DNA from: Candidatus Babeliales bacterium
GTDB lineage: Bacteria; Babelota; Babeliae; Babelales; JBFXEV01
Direction: 5' to 3'
NCBI GenBank assembly: GCA_050179755.1
Contig: JBFXEV010000001.1
Span: 201,994-265,993, forward strand
DNA length: 64,000 nt
In this document: in pieces, positions 1 through 9,949 of the stretch
Position numbering within the stretch: the stretch's first letter is position 1
Layout of the letters: each line of letters opens with the position of its first letter
Notes under the pieces: generated by a model
Seen by the model: the letters and a program-made list of their open reading frames with translations, nothing else
Told to the model about the DNA's origin: nothing
Databases searched by the model: none
Program-made: the position numbers and the translations under genes

Positions 1-286
1 GCTCACCCCATTGCCGCCGGTGCAACTCTTGTTGTGCTCGCATGCGATCGAACTCCCCACCACGTCGCTCTTGTTCAAGCCTTTGTTGACGGTTCTGATA
101 CCAGTCATAGCATACAATGGCTAACCCCAATGCACCCGTAACACTAGCTATTATTACGGGATGTTCTTTTGCGATATTCCATATACGGCCAAAAAAGCCT
201 TGATTATTATCTTGCTCCATGCCGAAGGCAGGTTGAGCAACACACATTACAGATAAAATAAGGGTTATTTTCTTGAAAATATTCAT
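1..286 (-). CDS. Secreted hypothetical protein, 3' end beyond window edge
   Basis: Own translation MNIFKKITLILSVMCVAQPAFGMEQDNNQGFF...; GGAGG RBS upstream (reverse of 293-297); runs off the window. Confidence 0.7.
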   Translation of the reverse strand, partial: MNIFKKITLILSVMCVAQPAFGMEQDNNQGFFGRIWNIAKEHPVIIASVTGALGLAIVCYDWYQNRQQRLEQERRGGEFDRMRAQQELHRRQWGE

Positions 287-484
287 TTTAAACCTCCAGG
301 TTCTTTTAGATTATTATTTCTAATTGTATATATTTATATAAAAAAGTCAATCGGCTTTCGATTCTGGGTTAAACCATAGAGGTCTATGGGTGATCATCCC
401 CAGGTTTGCAAACCTGTAAATCAAAGGCCAGGCTCTGCAATCTTCTCATGAGGACTGCAGTAACCTGGCCAAATTATGCTCTAG

Positions 485-1288
485 TTACCCTTCAATCGAT
501 TTAGCTATATTCTGCAATTGTTCAGAGCGCTCACAAAGATACTCCATATCTTGCCAATAAGGCAATGGGCCTACAAATGGAGTAAAATCCAATTCTTGCA
601 AAGCACACAATAAAGCCACATTAGTTACCCGTGTATGCAAGAATATTCTAGAGACTGAAAACGGGAGCTTAAAAATAGCGCTCAAAAGCAGTTTATCAAT
701 GCCGCGCTCATGTGCACCCTGCTCAACACCAAACATGGCTACCTTTACCGTTCCTGATTCAAAAAGAGGCTGCACCAAAAATTGAATGATGCCCAACGTT
801 TGGCCAGTATCAGCATCTTTGGCTGTTACAAACCATTGCCTCTCATCAGGAGCAAGATACTTTGCAAAATCAGTTTCAGAAAAAAACTGTACTAATTGTG
901 CATGCAATGTCTTTTCAACCTGTTCCCAATTCACGTGCTCTACACCATCTTTAAAAAATGATACCAGCGGCTTTAAAAACATTTCTGATTCTACTGCCTC
1001 AGGATGTTTACGAGCAAACTCCAGCTCCATTGTTGCATACGTTTGCGCAAAAATTTGACTTGCTTGCCTAAATACATCATTTAACCGTTTAGTTGTTACA
1101 TCCACTTCTTCCCAAACAAGTTGTATCGGCGCTCCAAAATTATCTTTTGCTTTTAATATTCCATAACTCATTGTTTTAATACTTTCAAGATTATGCTTAG
1201 TTATTGGCATACTCCACGAATTTGCCATAACAAATAATATGCTGAGGGTAGTAACTACCCCCAAAATATTACGTTGAACATACTGCAT
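485..1288 (-). CDS. Secreted protein with C-terminal GNAT-like fold
   Basis: Signal peptide; VKVAMFGVEQGAHERGIDKLLL resembles GNAT motif A; LHTRVTN resembles motif B. Confidence 0.55.
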   Translation of the reverse strand: MQYVQRNILGVVTTLSILFVMANSWSMPITKHNLESIKTMSYGILKAKDNFGAPIQLVWEEVDVTTKRLNDVFRQASQIFAQTYATMELEFARKHPEAVESEMFLKPLVSFFKDGVEHVNWEQVEKTLHAQLVQFFSETDFAKYLAPDERQWFVTAKDADTGQTLGIIQFLVQPLFESGTVKVAMFGVEQGAHERGIDKLLLSAIFKLPFSVSRIFLHTRVTNVALLCALQELDFTPFVGPLPYWQDMEYLCERSEQLQNIAKSIEG

Positions 1289-1605
1289 TGAGCATGCCCT
1301 TTCTGAAATTCAATAAATAACTATTTTACCAAAAAAAATTTGGTATTTGATAAAAAAAGAAAACAACAGCAATTATTGTGCTGCTACCTCTAAGATAAGA
1401 TTAAAAAGTATCATAGTTACCCTGCTTTCGTGGGTAATGGGTTAAGAATAAGCTATTTTCACAATAGCAGCATTTAATATTAAAGTCAAAACCTTACAGT
1501 GTGAGCAATTTTTTAATCGCTTACGGCGCGACTTCATGCTCCATAAACTCAACAATTTTTTGAGCTGCCTGCTCTGGCAATAAACCACAAAGATTTTTTT
1601 ATTAC

Positions 1606-3162
1606 TCATTCATGAGTAAGTTCCGTTATGAGAGCAAGCGCTTCTTTTACTATTGCCGCTTTTTTTAATTGTATTGTTAGTTGAGTCTTGAGATAGTGGC
1701 CTAGCCACTTGCCAGCTTGCGCTGCCGCAAGCAATCGCACCAAAGAGTTTGTTGCAGGTATTTGCCAATAATTATCTACTTCCTTTGCTACAGTAAAAGC
1801 TGATTTCTTTGTTTTATCATGTACGCGATCAGGATCCGCCCCTTCAAGCAATAACAATCTGGCGATTTCAATAAGTTTTATTGGGTGTCGCTGATATCTA
1901 TAACTATATTCAGCCAATACGTCGAGCGGTGTTTGCCCTTCATGATTTTGTTCCAGTAAACGATTACCTTCAACAGAAAATAATTCATGCAAGTGGTCAT
2001 CATCAGTCAGCATGCCAAATTTCGCCACATGATGGAATGCATTATTACCCTGCGCATCAACACTTCCCTTAGGAAGACGCGCAAGGAGCTTGACCATGGT
2101 TCCTGACCGAGCCCAATGAATAAGATCAATTTTATAAATCCCATGTTGTATGAAAAATTGCACCAATGGAATATCATCTTCAATTAGCGCAAGTTTGCCC
2201 AAGTTAAAACTTTCAAAATTTTCATTAAAATAATTTTTGTTAATCGTAAGAACCATAGCAATAAGCACGCGTAGCTCGTGCCAGTTTGAAAACACGGGAT
2301 TAAGTTCACACAATAATAAATCAGCGGCACCTTCACCAAATTCACGTGCATCTTGCACTGCAACAATGCGCTGCCAAAAAGGATATTTTGGATGTGATCT
2401 TATTACCTCACAATTCAATACCCCCGGGCTACCTGGCAAAATAGGGCACCATTGTTCTATATATTCTTTAGTAATAACTTTGGGCAACTTAGTTTGTATA
2501 TAAGCGCTTGCATGGCATTTGCAAGACTGCACTGCCCGGGAGACCACGTGCCTACGTGGTTTTAATATATCCGCAAAGATGCATGCTCTCATACTTGCAT
2601 GGAAAATACGCTGTTCAAGATGGCCAAATCTCGGCTCATATTGATAACACGCGCCATAATCCATAAATGTTTGTTCTGCGTCATCTTCCCGAGTAACGTC
2701 TGCTCCGTACTTATAAAGCAATGTTGCCCAGGCAATTGCATGCTCAGCATCAGTTCTACCAACTTCTTGGCCCACAATATGGAGTGGCGTGCGCCCTCGC
2801 GCATCAACAGCCCCTGCTGCTGCGCCATGTTCCAAATAAAATTGTAATAATGAAGTCTGTAATTTATTACGTGCAGCTGTTCTACACACGTGATGTAACA
2901 CGGTACCATTATGAATGCCACCTGTTAATGCATAATCAGCGCCGCGTGAACGTAAAGTTTCAGCTTCTTCCTTTGTTTTTGCGGTAAAAAAATAAGGAGC
3001 TTGTAAGGCTATTGTTGTGCCATTTGGTATGTGATACTCAATGCTTTCTTGCGCATTAGGATTAAGATCCATAGCACAGAGCACCGTTGTTCTCTGTACT
3101 AACAATAAAACAATAATGATGCAATAACGCATTGTATTCCACAAGCTCACAAAAATTCTCAT
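1606..3162 (-). CDS. Secreted ankyrin-repeat protein
   Basis: Ankyrin motifs GTVLHHV, DARGRTPLHIV, DAQGNNAFHHV, GQTPLDVL, LLLEGADP; signal peptide ending CAMD. Confidence 0.85.
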   Translation of the reverse strand: MRIFVSLWNTMRYCIIIVLLLVQRTTVLCAMDLNPNAQESIEYHIPNGTTIALQAPYFFTAKTKEEAETLRSRGADYALTGGIHNGTVLHHVCRTAARNKLQTSLLQFYLEHGAAAGAVDARGRTPLHIVGQEVGRTDAEHAIAWATLLYKYGADVTREDDAEQTFMDYGACYQYEPRFGHLEQRIFHASMRACIFADILKPRRHVVSRAVQSCKCHASAYIQTKLPKVITKEYIEQWCPILPGSPGVLNCEVIRSHPKYPFWQRIVAVQDAREFGEGAADLLLCELNPVFSNWHELRVLIAMVLTINKNYFNENFESFNLGKLALIEDDIPLVQFFIQHGIYKIDLIHWARSGTMVKLLARLPKGSVDAQGNNAFHHVAKFGMLTDDDHLHELFSVEGNRLLEQNHEGQTPLDVLAEYSYRYQRHPIKLIEIARLLLLEGADPDRVHDKTKKSAFTVAKEVDNYWQIPATNSLVRLLAAAQAGKWLGHYLKTQLTIQLKKAAIVKEALALITELTHE

Positions 3163-3393
3163 ATTCTATAATAGCGATGAGTTACAGCTTACCTGACTTA
3201 TAATAATTTCCAATTGTGTGTAATCGATTGTAATATGGAGATACTGCACAAAACAATATTTGTTATGCAATTACTCCGATTAAAGAAGTAGCGAGCTCAC
3301 GAGCATAAAAAATATAAAACTCTTTGGATATGAGCACTCAATGATGTATACTTATGAATGATCCACTAGTTCATTGTGCCAAAAGGCTTTATC

Positions 3394-4986
3394 ATGAGAC
3401 AATCCTTACAAAAATTTTCTAACTTTTCAGCAAACATTAAATCCGGGCTTACGCTCGCACTTGTGGCAACTCCCGGCGCCATTTCACTTGCGGTAGCTTC
3501 TGGCGTAAATCCTGCGATTGGCATGATCACTGGCATTTGGGCAAGCATTGTTGGTGCACTTTTTGGCGGCAGTAATTATAATATTATTGGCATGACGGGC
3601 GCACTCACGGGCATTATTGCATCATATGGTATTATGTACGGGCCAGAAATGATTCCCAGCTTAACATTAGTGGCCGCACTGTGCATGCTTATTGCGTATC
3701 TTACAAGATTAGAACGTTATTTAATATTTATTCCGTCAAGCGTTATTCACGGCTTTACCATGGGCGTTGCATTAATGCTCTTTCTTGGTCAAGTTAATGG
3801 TGCATTAGGCTTAGTCAATGTACCCAAACAAAGTAAATTTTTACTAAACGTTATTGAATCACTTAAGCACGTACCTCAATTTGACCCGCATGCCGTGCTT
3901 GCATTTGCATTCTTTTTTTGCAGTCTAATCTTGCTTAGAAAGTTGTTTCCCAAAATACCTGGCGCCATTGTTATAACGCCACTCAGTATTATACTGGGTT
4001 ATGCAACAACATCTGGCATCATTCCCGTTCGCCTACAAACGCTTGGCAGTCAATTTGGCACATTACACCCCCTTCTTTTTAAAATGCCCGCATTTCACTT
4101 TAACATGAATTTGCTGAGCCCTGCGCTGGTGGTTGCCTTTATTGCCATACTCGAGACTATGCTTGCTGCCAAAATTGCCGACGTACTCACCAAAACAAAA
4201 CATAACCCACGCAAAGAAATGTTTGGATTAGCGCTTGCCAATATTGCCACGGCCATTATGGGCGGCGTTCCAGCATCAGCAGCACTTGCACGAACCACGT
4301 ATAACATTAATGCAGGAGCCACTAACGCACTCTCGGCACTTTTTTCTGGCCTTTTTATGATCGTTATTTCATTTGCATGTTTATCCTTTTTTTCATATAT
4401 GCCAGTAACAGCAATTGCTGCCATTATAGTCTACATTTCTTTAACTATGGTAGAGCGTGAGCATTTTAGGCGCTTATACACCTATGATAAACCAAACTTT
4501 TTTATTGCACTTTTTGTAGCATTAATCATAGTAGGTGAAAACCCTATTGTGGGCATTCTTGCTGGGGCTGTTATGGCGCTGTTGATACTTATTAATAAGC
4601 TTGCAGAAAGTAACTATGAAGTAGCAGAGCATGAATCATATAAAATTGCACCATCAGATATGCGTGATGCCAAATCTCAAAACGTGCTTGTATACTTTTT
4701 TAAAGGGAAACTCGTATATCTTAATAGCCAAGGACATATTATACGTTTTCAGCACGAATTTAAAAACTATGCAGGTATTATTTTGGATCTTCATGATCTC
4801 TATTATTGCGATCTTGATGGCGTTGATGCTCTAGAAGAGATTATTGACACTATTAAATGTCGCGGACAAGCAATTGCTCTTATTGCACCAAAATCCCCGG
4901 TGAAAAATATGTTAGCAAAAAGCGCTCACTATAAAACATTAGAGGAATCTGGACGCGTGTTTGAGACGCTCCATCAGGCGTTATAA
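3394..4986 (+). CDS. sulP: SulP/SLC26 anion permease with STAS domain
   Basis: GLTLALVATPGAISLA, multiple TM helices, SSVIHGFTMG, C-terminal STAS (DLDGVDALEE). Confidence 0.92.
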   Translation: MRQSLQKFSNFSANIKSGLTLALVATPGAISLAVASGVNPAIGMITGIWASIVGALFGGSNYNIIGMTGALTGIIASYGIMYGPEMIPSLTLVAALCMLIAYLTRLERYLIFIPSSVIHGFTMGVALMLFLGQVNGALGLVNVPKQSKFLLNVIESLKHVPQFDPHAVLAFAFFFCSLILLRKLFPKIPGAIVITPLSIILGYATTSGIIPVRLQTLGSQFGTLHPLLFKMPAFHFNMNLLSPALVVAFIAILETMLAAKIADVLTKTKHNPRKEMFGLALANIATAIMGGVPASAALARTTYNINAGATNALSALFSGLFMIVISFACLSFFSYMPVTAIAAIIVYISLTMVEREHFRRLYTYDKPNFFIALFVALIIVGENPIVGILAGAVMALLILINKLAESNYEVAEHESYKIAPSDMRDAKSQNVLVYFFKGKLVYLNSQGHIIRFQHEFKNYAGIILDLHDLYYCDLDGVDALEEIIDTIKCRGQAIALIAPKSPVKNMLAKSAHYKTLEESGRVFETLHQAL

Positions 4987-5652
4987 ATTAATAACCTCAA
5001 TTTCTTCTTCGCCGCTAGGCGAAATCTGATATGCTTTTTTACCCTCTTTGGCACTCACCACGCAATGTAACGTGCCATCAACATAATGCGCGGCCACGTC
5101 GTCGTGCAAAGCAATGCCAGGTTTAACCGCGCGCTCTTGCATTAACTTTAAAAACGTAGGCCTGCGCTCAGGCTCAGTATCATAATGCGGGCAGCTGCTA
5201 CCAGGCAAAAAACCCAAACACTCAAGCACGCCAAGAGGCCACACAGAATCAGTAATGCCTTGTTCAAACCAACAGATCGCACCCGCGCTCACGCCAGCAA
5301 GCACTATGCCTTTTTCGTACGCCTCTTTAAGCACATGATCCACACCCCATTCACGCCAAAGCGCTAGCATGCTGCGTGTGTTGCCACCGCCCACAAAAAT
5401 GACGTCTGATGTAAGTAAGCGCTCTTTCCAATCCGGAGACACTCTACCAAACAAAGAAACAGCACTTGGTTGAGCGCCCAGACTCTGAAACGCATCATAG
5501 AATCTGACAATATATTCTTTTGACTCAGCACTTGCCTGGGGTAAAAAAGAGACTTTAGGGTTTGGCTTTTCAACTTGCGAAAGTATATATTTTTCCATAG
5601 TAAATGGTGATCTAAAGCCCCCACCAATTGCTATTATTTGTTTTTTTGGCAT
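4981..5652 (-). CDS. pepE: Peptidase E (S51 family dipeptidase)
   Basis: IFVGGGNT, GVSAGA nucleophile motif, CPHYD. Confidence 0.9.
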   Translation of the reverse strand: MPKKQIIAIGGGFRSPFTMEKYILSQVEKPNPKVSFLPQASAESKEYIVRFYDAFQSLGAQPSAVSLFGRVSPDWKERLLTSDVIFVGGGNTRSMLALWREWGVDHVLKEAYEKGIVLAGVSAGAICWFEQGITDSVWPLGVLECLGFLPGSSCPHYDTEPERRPTFLKLMQERAVKPGIALHDDVAAHYVDGTLHCVVSAKEGKKAYQISPSGEEEIEVINL

Positions 5653-5789
5653 AATTTTATACTAGTCTGTAAGATACATTATCAAGAACTTCTACATACT
5701 TCTAGTTTACACCCGGCCTTAGGCCTTGCATAGTTTAACTCCACCTATACACTAAAATCAAAGTAGTCTCTGATTTTCTAAAGATACGT

Positions 5790-6197
5790 ATGAAATTTGC
5801 AATTGCTTTTCTTGGCCTTTATATACTTGCAAGCTCAACAAGTTCTGCTATGGATATACAGGAATTGCATGAATGTAGGCTGCCCAGTGCAGAAGATTTG
5901 AAGAAACGCCTTCAAAAATTTAAACCGCTGATTGAAAACACAGATCTTATCGCCTCTGTTGCCGGCAAGAAATTAGTTGATTGTAACGTGCCATGGGCTG
6001 TAGATTTGGCAATTTGCGATTATCTTGCACATCTTAAGAAACAACAGCATAATAACACGGAAGTAAAACTCCATTTTGAACAATTAGAGTCACAAAGACC
6101 CATGCTTATTTGCTTATTGCTCCAAGATGCTCCCGAGGCAATTGCGATACTCAAAAGAGCACACGTATTTAAACGAAGAAAAGTCAATTACCATTGA
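5790..6197 (+). CDS. Secreted hypothetical protein, paralog family A
   Basis: Signal peptide ...SSAMD; RLPSAEDLKKRL and MLICLLLQDAPEA shared with 6253 and 12533 ORFs. Confidence 0.7.
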   Translation: MKFAIAFLGLYILASSTSSAMDIQELHECRLPSAEDLKKRLQKFKPLIENTDLIASVAGKKLVDCNVPWAVDLAICDYLAHLKKQQHNNTEVKLHFEQLESQRPMLICLLLQDAPEAIAILKRAHVFKRRKVNYH

Positions 6198-6252
6198 TGT
6201 AAAAAGCATCGATTGATCTTATCTAAGACAAAGATTAAATTATAAGGATTTT

Positions 6253-6642
6253 ATGAATATTAGAATATATAGTGCGTTATTTTTTATTTGGTTAAACTTT
6301 GCATGCCACGCTATGGACAACAAGCCCCTTGCTGAAGCAGATAAAAAAGTGGTTTTACGTATGCCAAATAAGGCCACCTTAAAAGCACGATTAAAAAAAG
6401 AAGAATTACAGCATATGCTTGAAAAAACTAAAGTTCTTGCGTACTTTAGCCAAAAAGAATTTGCTGTCATCGATTTTTCCGCCCAAGTAGCAACTCTTCT
6501 TCACGAATATGCAACAGATCTTATAAAAGCCGGTTCGGATCTACAAGTAGTCCAAATTCACTTAAAATTTGATAAACCTCGTTTACTAGCAGTTTTACTT
6601 AAAGATTATCCGCAAGTACTGGGTTCACTAGAAGTTGAATAA
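6253..6642 (+). CDS. Secreted hypothetical protein, paralog family A
   Basis: Signal peptide ...CHAMD; RMPNKATLKARL, LLAVLLKDYPQV. Confidence 0.7.
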   Translation: MNIRIYSALFFIWLNFACHAMDNKPLAEADKKVVLRMPNKATLKARLKKEELQHMLEKTKVLAYFSQKEFAVIDFSAQVATLLHEYATDLIKAGSDLQVVQIHLKFDKPRLLAVLLKDYPQVLGSLEVE

Positions 6643-6669
6643 TGCTCACACAAAGCACTATCATAATAG

Positions 6670-7053
6670 TTATTGAATTACCTCGCCAGTAATAGTCACG
6701 TGATCATTTTCATCAATGGTTATCTCAATTCTATCAACTTGCGACAGATATAACTTTTTATATTCTACTAAAATACAGATTAAACTAGAGATAGAAATTT
6801 CCAAATATGGCATATTCGGGAAAATATCTTCATTTATTAGGATACTAACGAATTCACCTTTCTTTCGAAGCATACTGATATTGCCAATAAGCTTAATTAA
6901 CTCTTCATTTTCTAAAAAATCAATATATGCTTTAATGCCCAATCCATCTTCAAGAAACAAGGCTAAAGTAAGCATTGAATCATCAGTATACTTATCAACT
7001 CGGTACACGCCGCTCGGTAATTTATTCCATGAAATATTTTGCATACGCATCAT
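6670..7053 (-). CDS. Putative immunity protein, copy 5
   Basis: Family motifs LALFLEDGL, GNIS, IFP, RIEITIDE; ATGA overlap with toxin-tip remnant. Confidence 0.75.
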   Translation of the reverse strand: MMRMQNISWNKLPSGVYRVDKYTDDSMLTLALFLEDGLGIKAYIDFLENEELIKLIGNISMLRKKGEFVSILINEDIFPNMPYLEISISSLICILVEYKKLYLSQVDRIEITIDENDHVTITGEVIQ

Positions 7054-7214
7054 TTTACTATTAAATTGGGGAAAAATGAGATACCTCTACCTGTATGATC
7101 ATCTATCACAACAGAAACTTCTATTCCACTCTTACGCTTCTGTTTAAAAATAGATCTACCAAATTTCGAAAAAATCTCATTCGGAAATTTCACCACATCA
7201 TAATAACAATTCAT
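7050..7214 (-). pseudogene. Orphan toxin C-terminal remnant (54 aa, not in ORF track)
   Basis: MNCYYDVVKFPNEIFSKFGRSIFKQKRKSGIEVSVVIDDHTGRGISFFPNLIVK aligns with the end of the 776-aa toxin (MKCYYGII...SAVINDSNGCGITFFANL). Confidence 0.8.
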
Positions 7215-7232
7215 CAATTGTTAATGAAGACT

Positions 7233-7597
7233 TTATTCACCAACAATAGTAACCTGATCAAACTCATCAATGGTTATTTCAATTCTATTGACTTCTAGAT
7301 CTTCAAGCCTATCATATTCTTGTATGATTTTAATTAAATTACAGATGCTTGTACTAAAAATTGGCGTGTTAGGATATATATAATCATCAATTTCTATTGA
7401 AACCATCTTTGCTTTTCTAAGCAACTAATATTACCTGATAGATTTTGCCTATTGCCTTCTTCTAAAAATTTTAAATAAGCTGCATATGGCAATCCATCAT
7501 TTAAAAAATATGCCAAGGCATACATAGTTTTATCACTCTCTTCCATATGCCTATAAATATGTTTTCTTAATTTCTGCCAAATAAATCGTCTTTTCAT
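7233..7597 (-). pseudogene. Putative immunity protein, copy 4, frameshifted
   Basis: ORFs 7394-7597 and 7233-7424 are the N- and C-halves of one family member; frame change near 7410. Confidence 0.8.
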
Positions 7598-7631
7598 AGA
7601 AATATTAGATCTTCATTATAGATTTTTATTA

Positions 7632-8009
7632 CTAAATTTGTTTCCCAATTACGCTAACCTGATCAAATTCATTAATGGTTATTTCAATCTCATCAACTCC
7701 CAATAAATACAAATTAAGATATTCTTTCAAGATTGTAATCAAATCATCTATAGCAATAATAAAGGGCGCTTGATTAGGAAATATTAGATCATCTATAAAG
7801 ATGATTGCTTTTTCCTGTTTTTTTTCAATATAACTTATGTTTCCAGAAAACTCAGCTCTTTCCTCATTTTCTAAAAACTTTATGTATGGCTCAAAGCCTA
7901 ATCCATCTTTCAAGAAAAGAGCCAAAGTAAACATTGAATCATCACTATACCGAGCGATCTTGTATATTTCATTTTCTAATTTACACAAAATAAGCTTTTT
8001 CTTAATCAT
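7632..8009 (-). CDS. Putative immunity protein, copy 3
   Basis: LALFLKDGLGF, SGNISYIEK, IFPN, EIEITINEFDQV. Confidence 0.75.
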   Translation of the reverse strand: MIKKKLILCKLENEIYKIARYSDDSMFTLALFLKDGLGFEPYIKFLENEERAEFSGNISYIEKKQEKAIIFIDDLIFPNQAPFIIAIDDLITILKEYLNLYLLGVDEIEITINEFDQVSVIGKQI

Positions 8010-8047
8010 ATCTTCCTAATCAAATCTGGGAAAAAACTAATTCCTTT
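8006..8047 (-). pseudogene. Toxin-tip micro-remnant KGISFFPDLIRKI*
   Basis: Matches the GxT/SFFP end of the other tips; ATGA overlap with immunity copy 3. Confidence 0.65.
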
Positions 8048-8136
8048 GTTTATAAATGTGTTTTTTTAATTTCGCCAAACAAATCATATGCTCCACACAT
8101 ATGGTAGATCTTCATTCTAAATTTTTTAATTGCAGA

Positions 8137-8511
8137 CTATTCCCCTGTTACACTGACCTGATCAAACTCATCGATGGTTATCTCAATTCTATTAACTTGA
8201 AGATAAAACAGTCTCCTATATTCCTGTAATATTGTTATCAAATTGCGTATAGTTGTTGTAAAAATTGGAGTATCAGGATATACATAATCATCTATGTCTA
8301 TAGAAATCATATCTCCTCGCTTTTCTAACCAACTAAGATTCCCTACAAATCTTTGCCGCTTTTCATCTAACAAAAAATCCATATATGTTTTAAATCCTAA
8401 TCCATCACTTAAAAAAATAGCTAAAGCCTCTATGGACTTATCACTAACGCTATCTTGTCTATAAATATTTTTTTTTAATTTATGCCAAATAAATTTTCTT
8501 TTTATCATCAT
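8137..8511 (-). CDS. Putative immunity protein, copy 2
   Basis: LAIFLSDGLGF, GNLSWLEK, YVYPDTP, RIEITIDEFDQV; ATGA overlap with orphan tip 2. Confidence 0.75.
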   Translation of the reverse strand: MMIKRKFIWHKLKKNIYRQDSVSDKSIEALAIFLSDGLGFKTYMDFLLDEKRQRFVGNLSWLEKRGDMISIDIDDYVYPDTPIFTTTIRNLITILQEYRRLFYLQVNRIEITIDEFDQVSVTGE

Positions 8512-9575
8512 AATAAATTCGGGAAAAAGGTCACACCATAGCCATCATTCTCTATAACCGCCGTAATTAATATCTCACTCCGACGTTCAAATTCAAAAGT
8601 TGTACGAAGTGCATTACATTTAACAATATTTTTATCATTAATAACTTCGTAATAACAGTTCATTAAATCTTCTGTAATCCATTGTTCTGGGAAAAAAGAT
8701 CTTTCAATCCATTCTCCACCGATAAATACTTTTGCTTTATAAAAACCTTCTCCATGCATTTCTACATCTTTAAGTAATCCTAAGTTTCGATAAAACCCCA
8801 TTCGATCTTGATGAAAACCTGTAATTTTCCCACTTTTTGAAATTTTCGCCACCCATGTATGCTCAAATGGCGGTATAATTAAATGCCCATTATGTGTTAC
8901 TTATTGAATATATTTACTTGCCTCTAAAAGCTCTGCTTCAGTAGGATATTGCATCGCTTGAATTATATCCATTGGTGAATTTGGAATATTGCCACCGCCA
9001 CTCACCGGAATATTTGAGCCATCTCCACCCGAGCCGGCATTTTGAGCAAACACAGCCAAAGGCGCAACTTTAGCAGCTTTATCAACCGCTGCCGCTGCAG
9101 CTTGACCAGCCGCTTCAATTGCTGCAGCACATTCGGCAGCAATAACTGCTTCATAGGTAATTGCTGCTTCAAATGAACTGGCATTGCAAGGCAAGTCCAT
9201 AAAGTTCTGCGAACCGCCACCCGCCTCAACAAGTTCTTTTAAAGCCGAGCTTCCGTTACCTACAAGAGAACTCAATGCACTAAAGGTTGCATGATTTAAG
9301 GCCATTTCAGTAGCGACCGCAGTTCCTTCTTCTGCAGCATACAGTACATTCTCTCGAGTTATACTACCCAGACTCGCTTCATTGCTTTACTCACGTTTCT
9401 ACTGAATACGCAAATGCAATTGCTGCAATTCCTGTATACCCTTCTCTTGTACAGGAGGTGCAATATATTTGCCGGATATTCGATCTATTAATTCATTTTT
9501 AGAGTCTTTTAAAGCACTCTTTATATTTAAATATGCACGATACTTTGCATCTTCAGTTATCTCAACGAGTAAGTA
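8508..9575 (-). pseudogene. Orphan toxin cassette: degenerate copy of the toxin 3' third with a variant EndoU-like tip
   Basis: Colinear with toxin from YLLVEITEDAKYRAYL onward; stops near 9385-9402; in-frame CAA>TAA at 8901-8903 separates ORFs 8901-9305 and 8508-8852. Confidence 0.85.
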
Positions 9576-9577
9576 CT

Positions 9578-9949
9578 CTACCCACCTCTTATTGTAACTT
9601 GATCCAGCTCGTCAAAACTAATCTCAATTCGGGCAACTTCAAGATCTTCCAATCTATCATATTCGTTTATTATTTTTATCAAATTTTCAATGGTTGTTAT
9701 CAGTGAGGGTAAGCCAGGGAAAATATAATCACTTATAGAAACTGAAACCATTTTCCCATTCTTTTTCAATATACAGATATTACCAAAAAGTATGTTTTCA
9801 CTAGGATCTTTTAAAAAATCTATATATGTTGGAAAGTCTAAACCATCTTCAAAAAATAAGGATAAAGTCGCCATTGTTTCGTCATGATATTCAGCTCTTC
9901 GATATACTTTATTTTTTACTCTGTACCAAATTACATTTTTTTTATTCAT
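9578..9949 (-). CDS. Putative cognate immunity protein, copy 1
   Basis: Start at 9949 (MNKK) overlaps the toxin stop as ATGA; same family motifs. Confidence 0.8.
   Translation of the reverse strand: MNKKNVIWYRVKNKVYRRAEYHDETMATLSLFFEDGLDFPTYIDFLKDPSENILFGNICILKKNGKMVSVSISDYIFPGLPSLITTIENLIKIINEYDRLEDLEVARIEISFDELDQVTIRGG

Noticed and set aside
6716..7298. Plus-strand ORFs 6716-7147 and 7095-7298
   Set aside because: Antisense to the immunity gene and toxin remnant, which have clear paralogy support
8901..8903. Stop-codon readthrough or alternative genetic code
   Set aside because: TAA terminates many housekeeping genes here, and the cassette has other stops and no start; simple pseudogenisation
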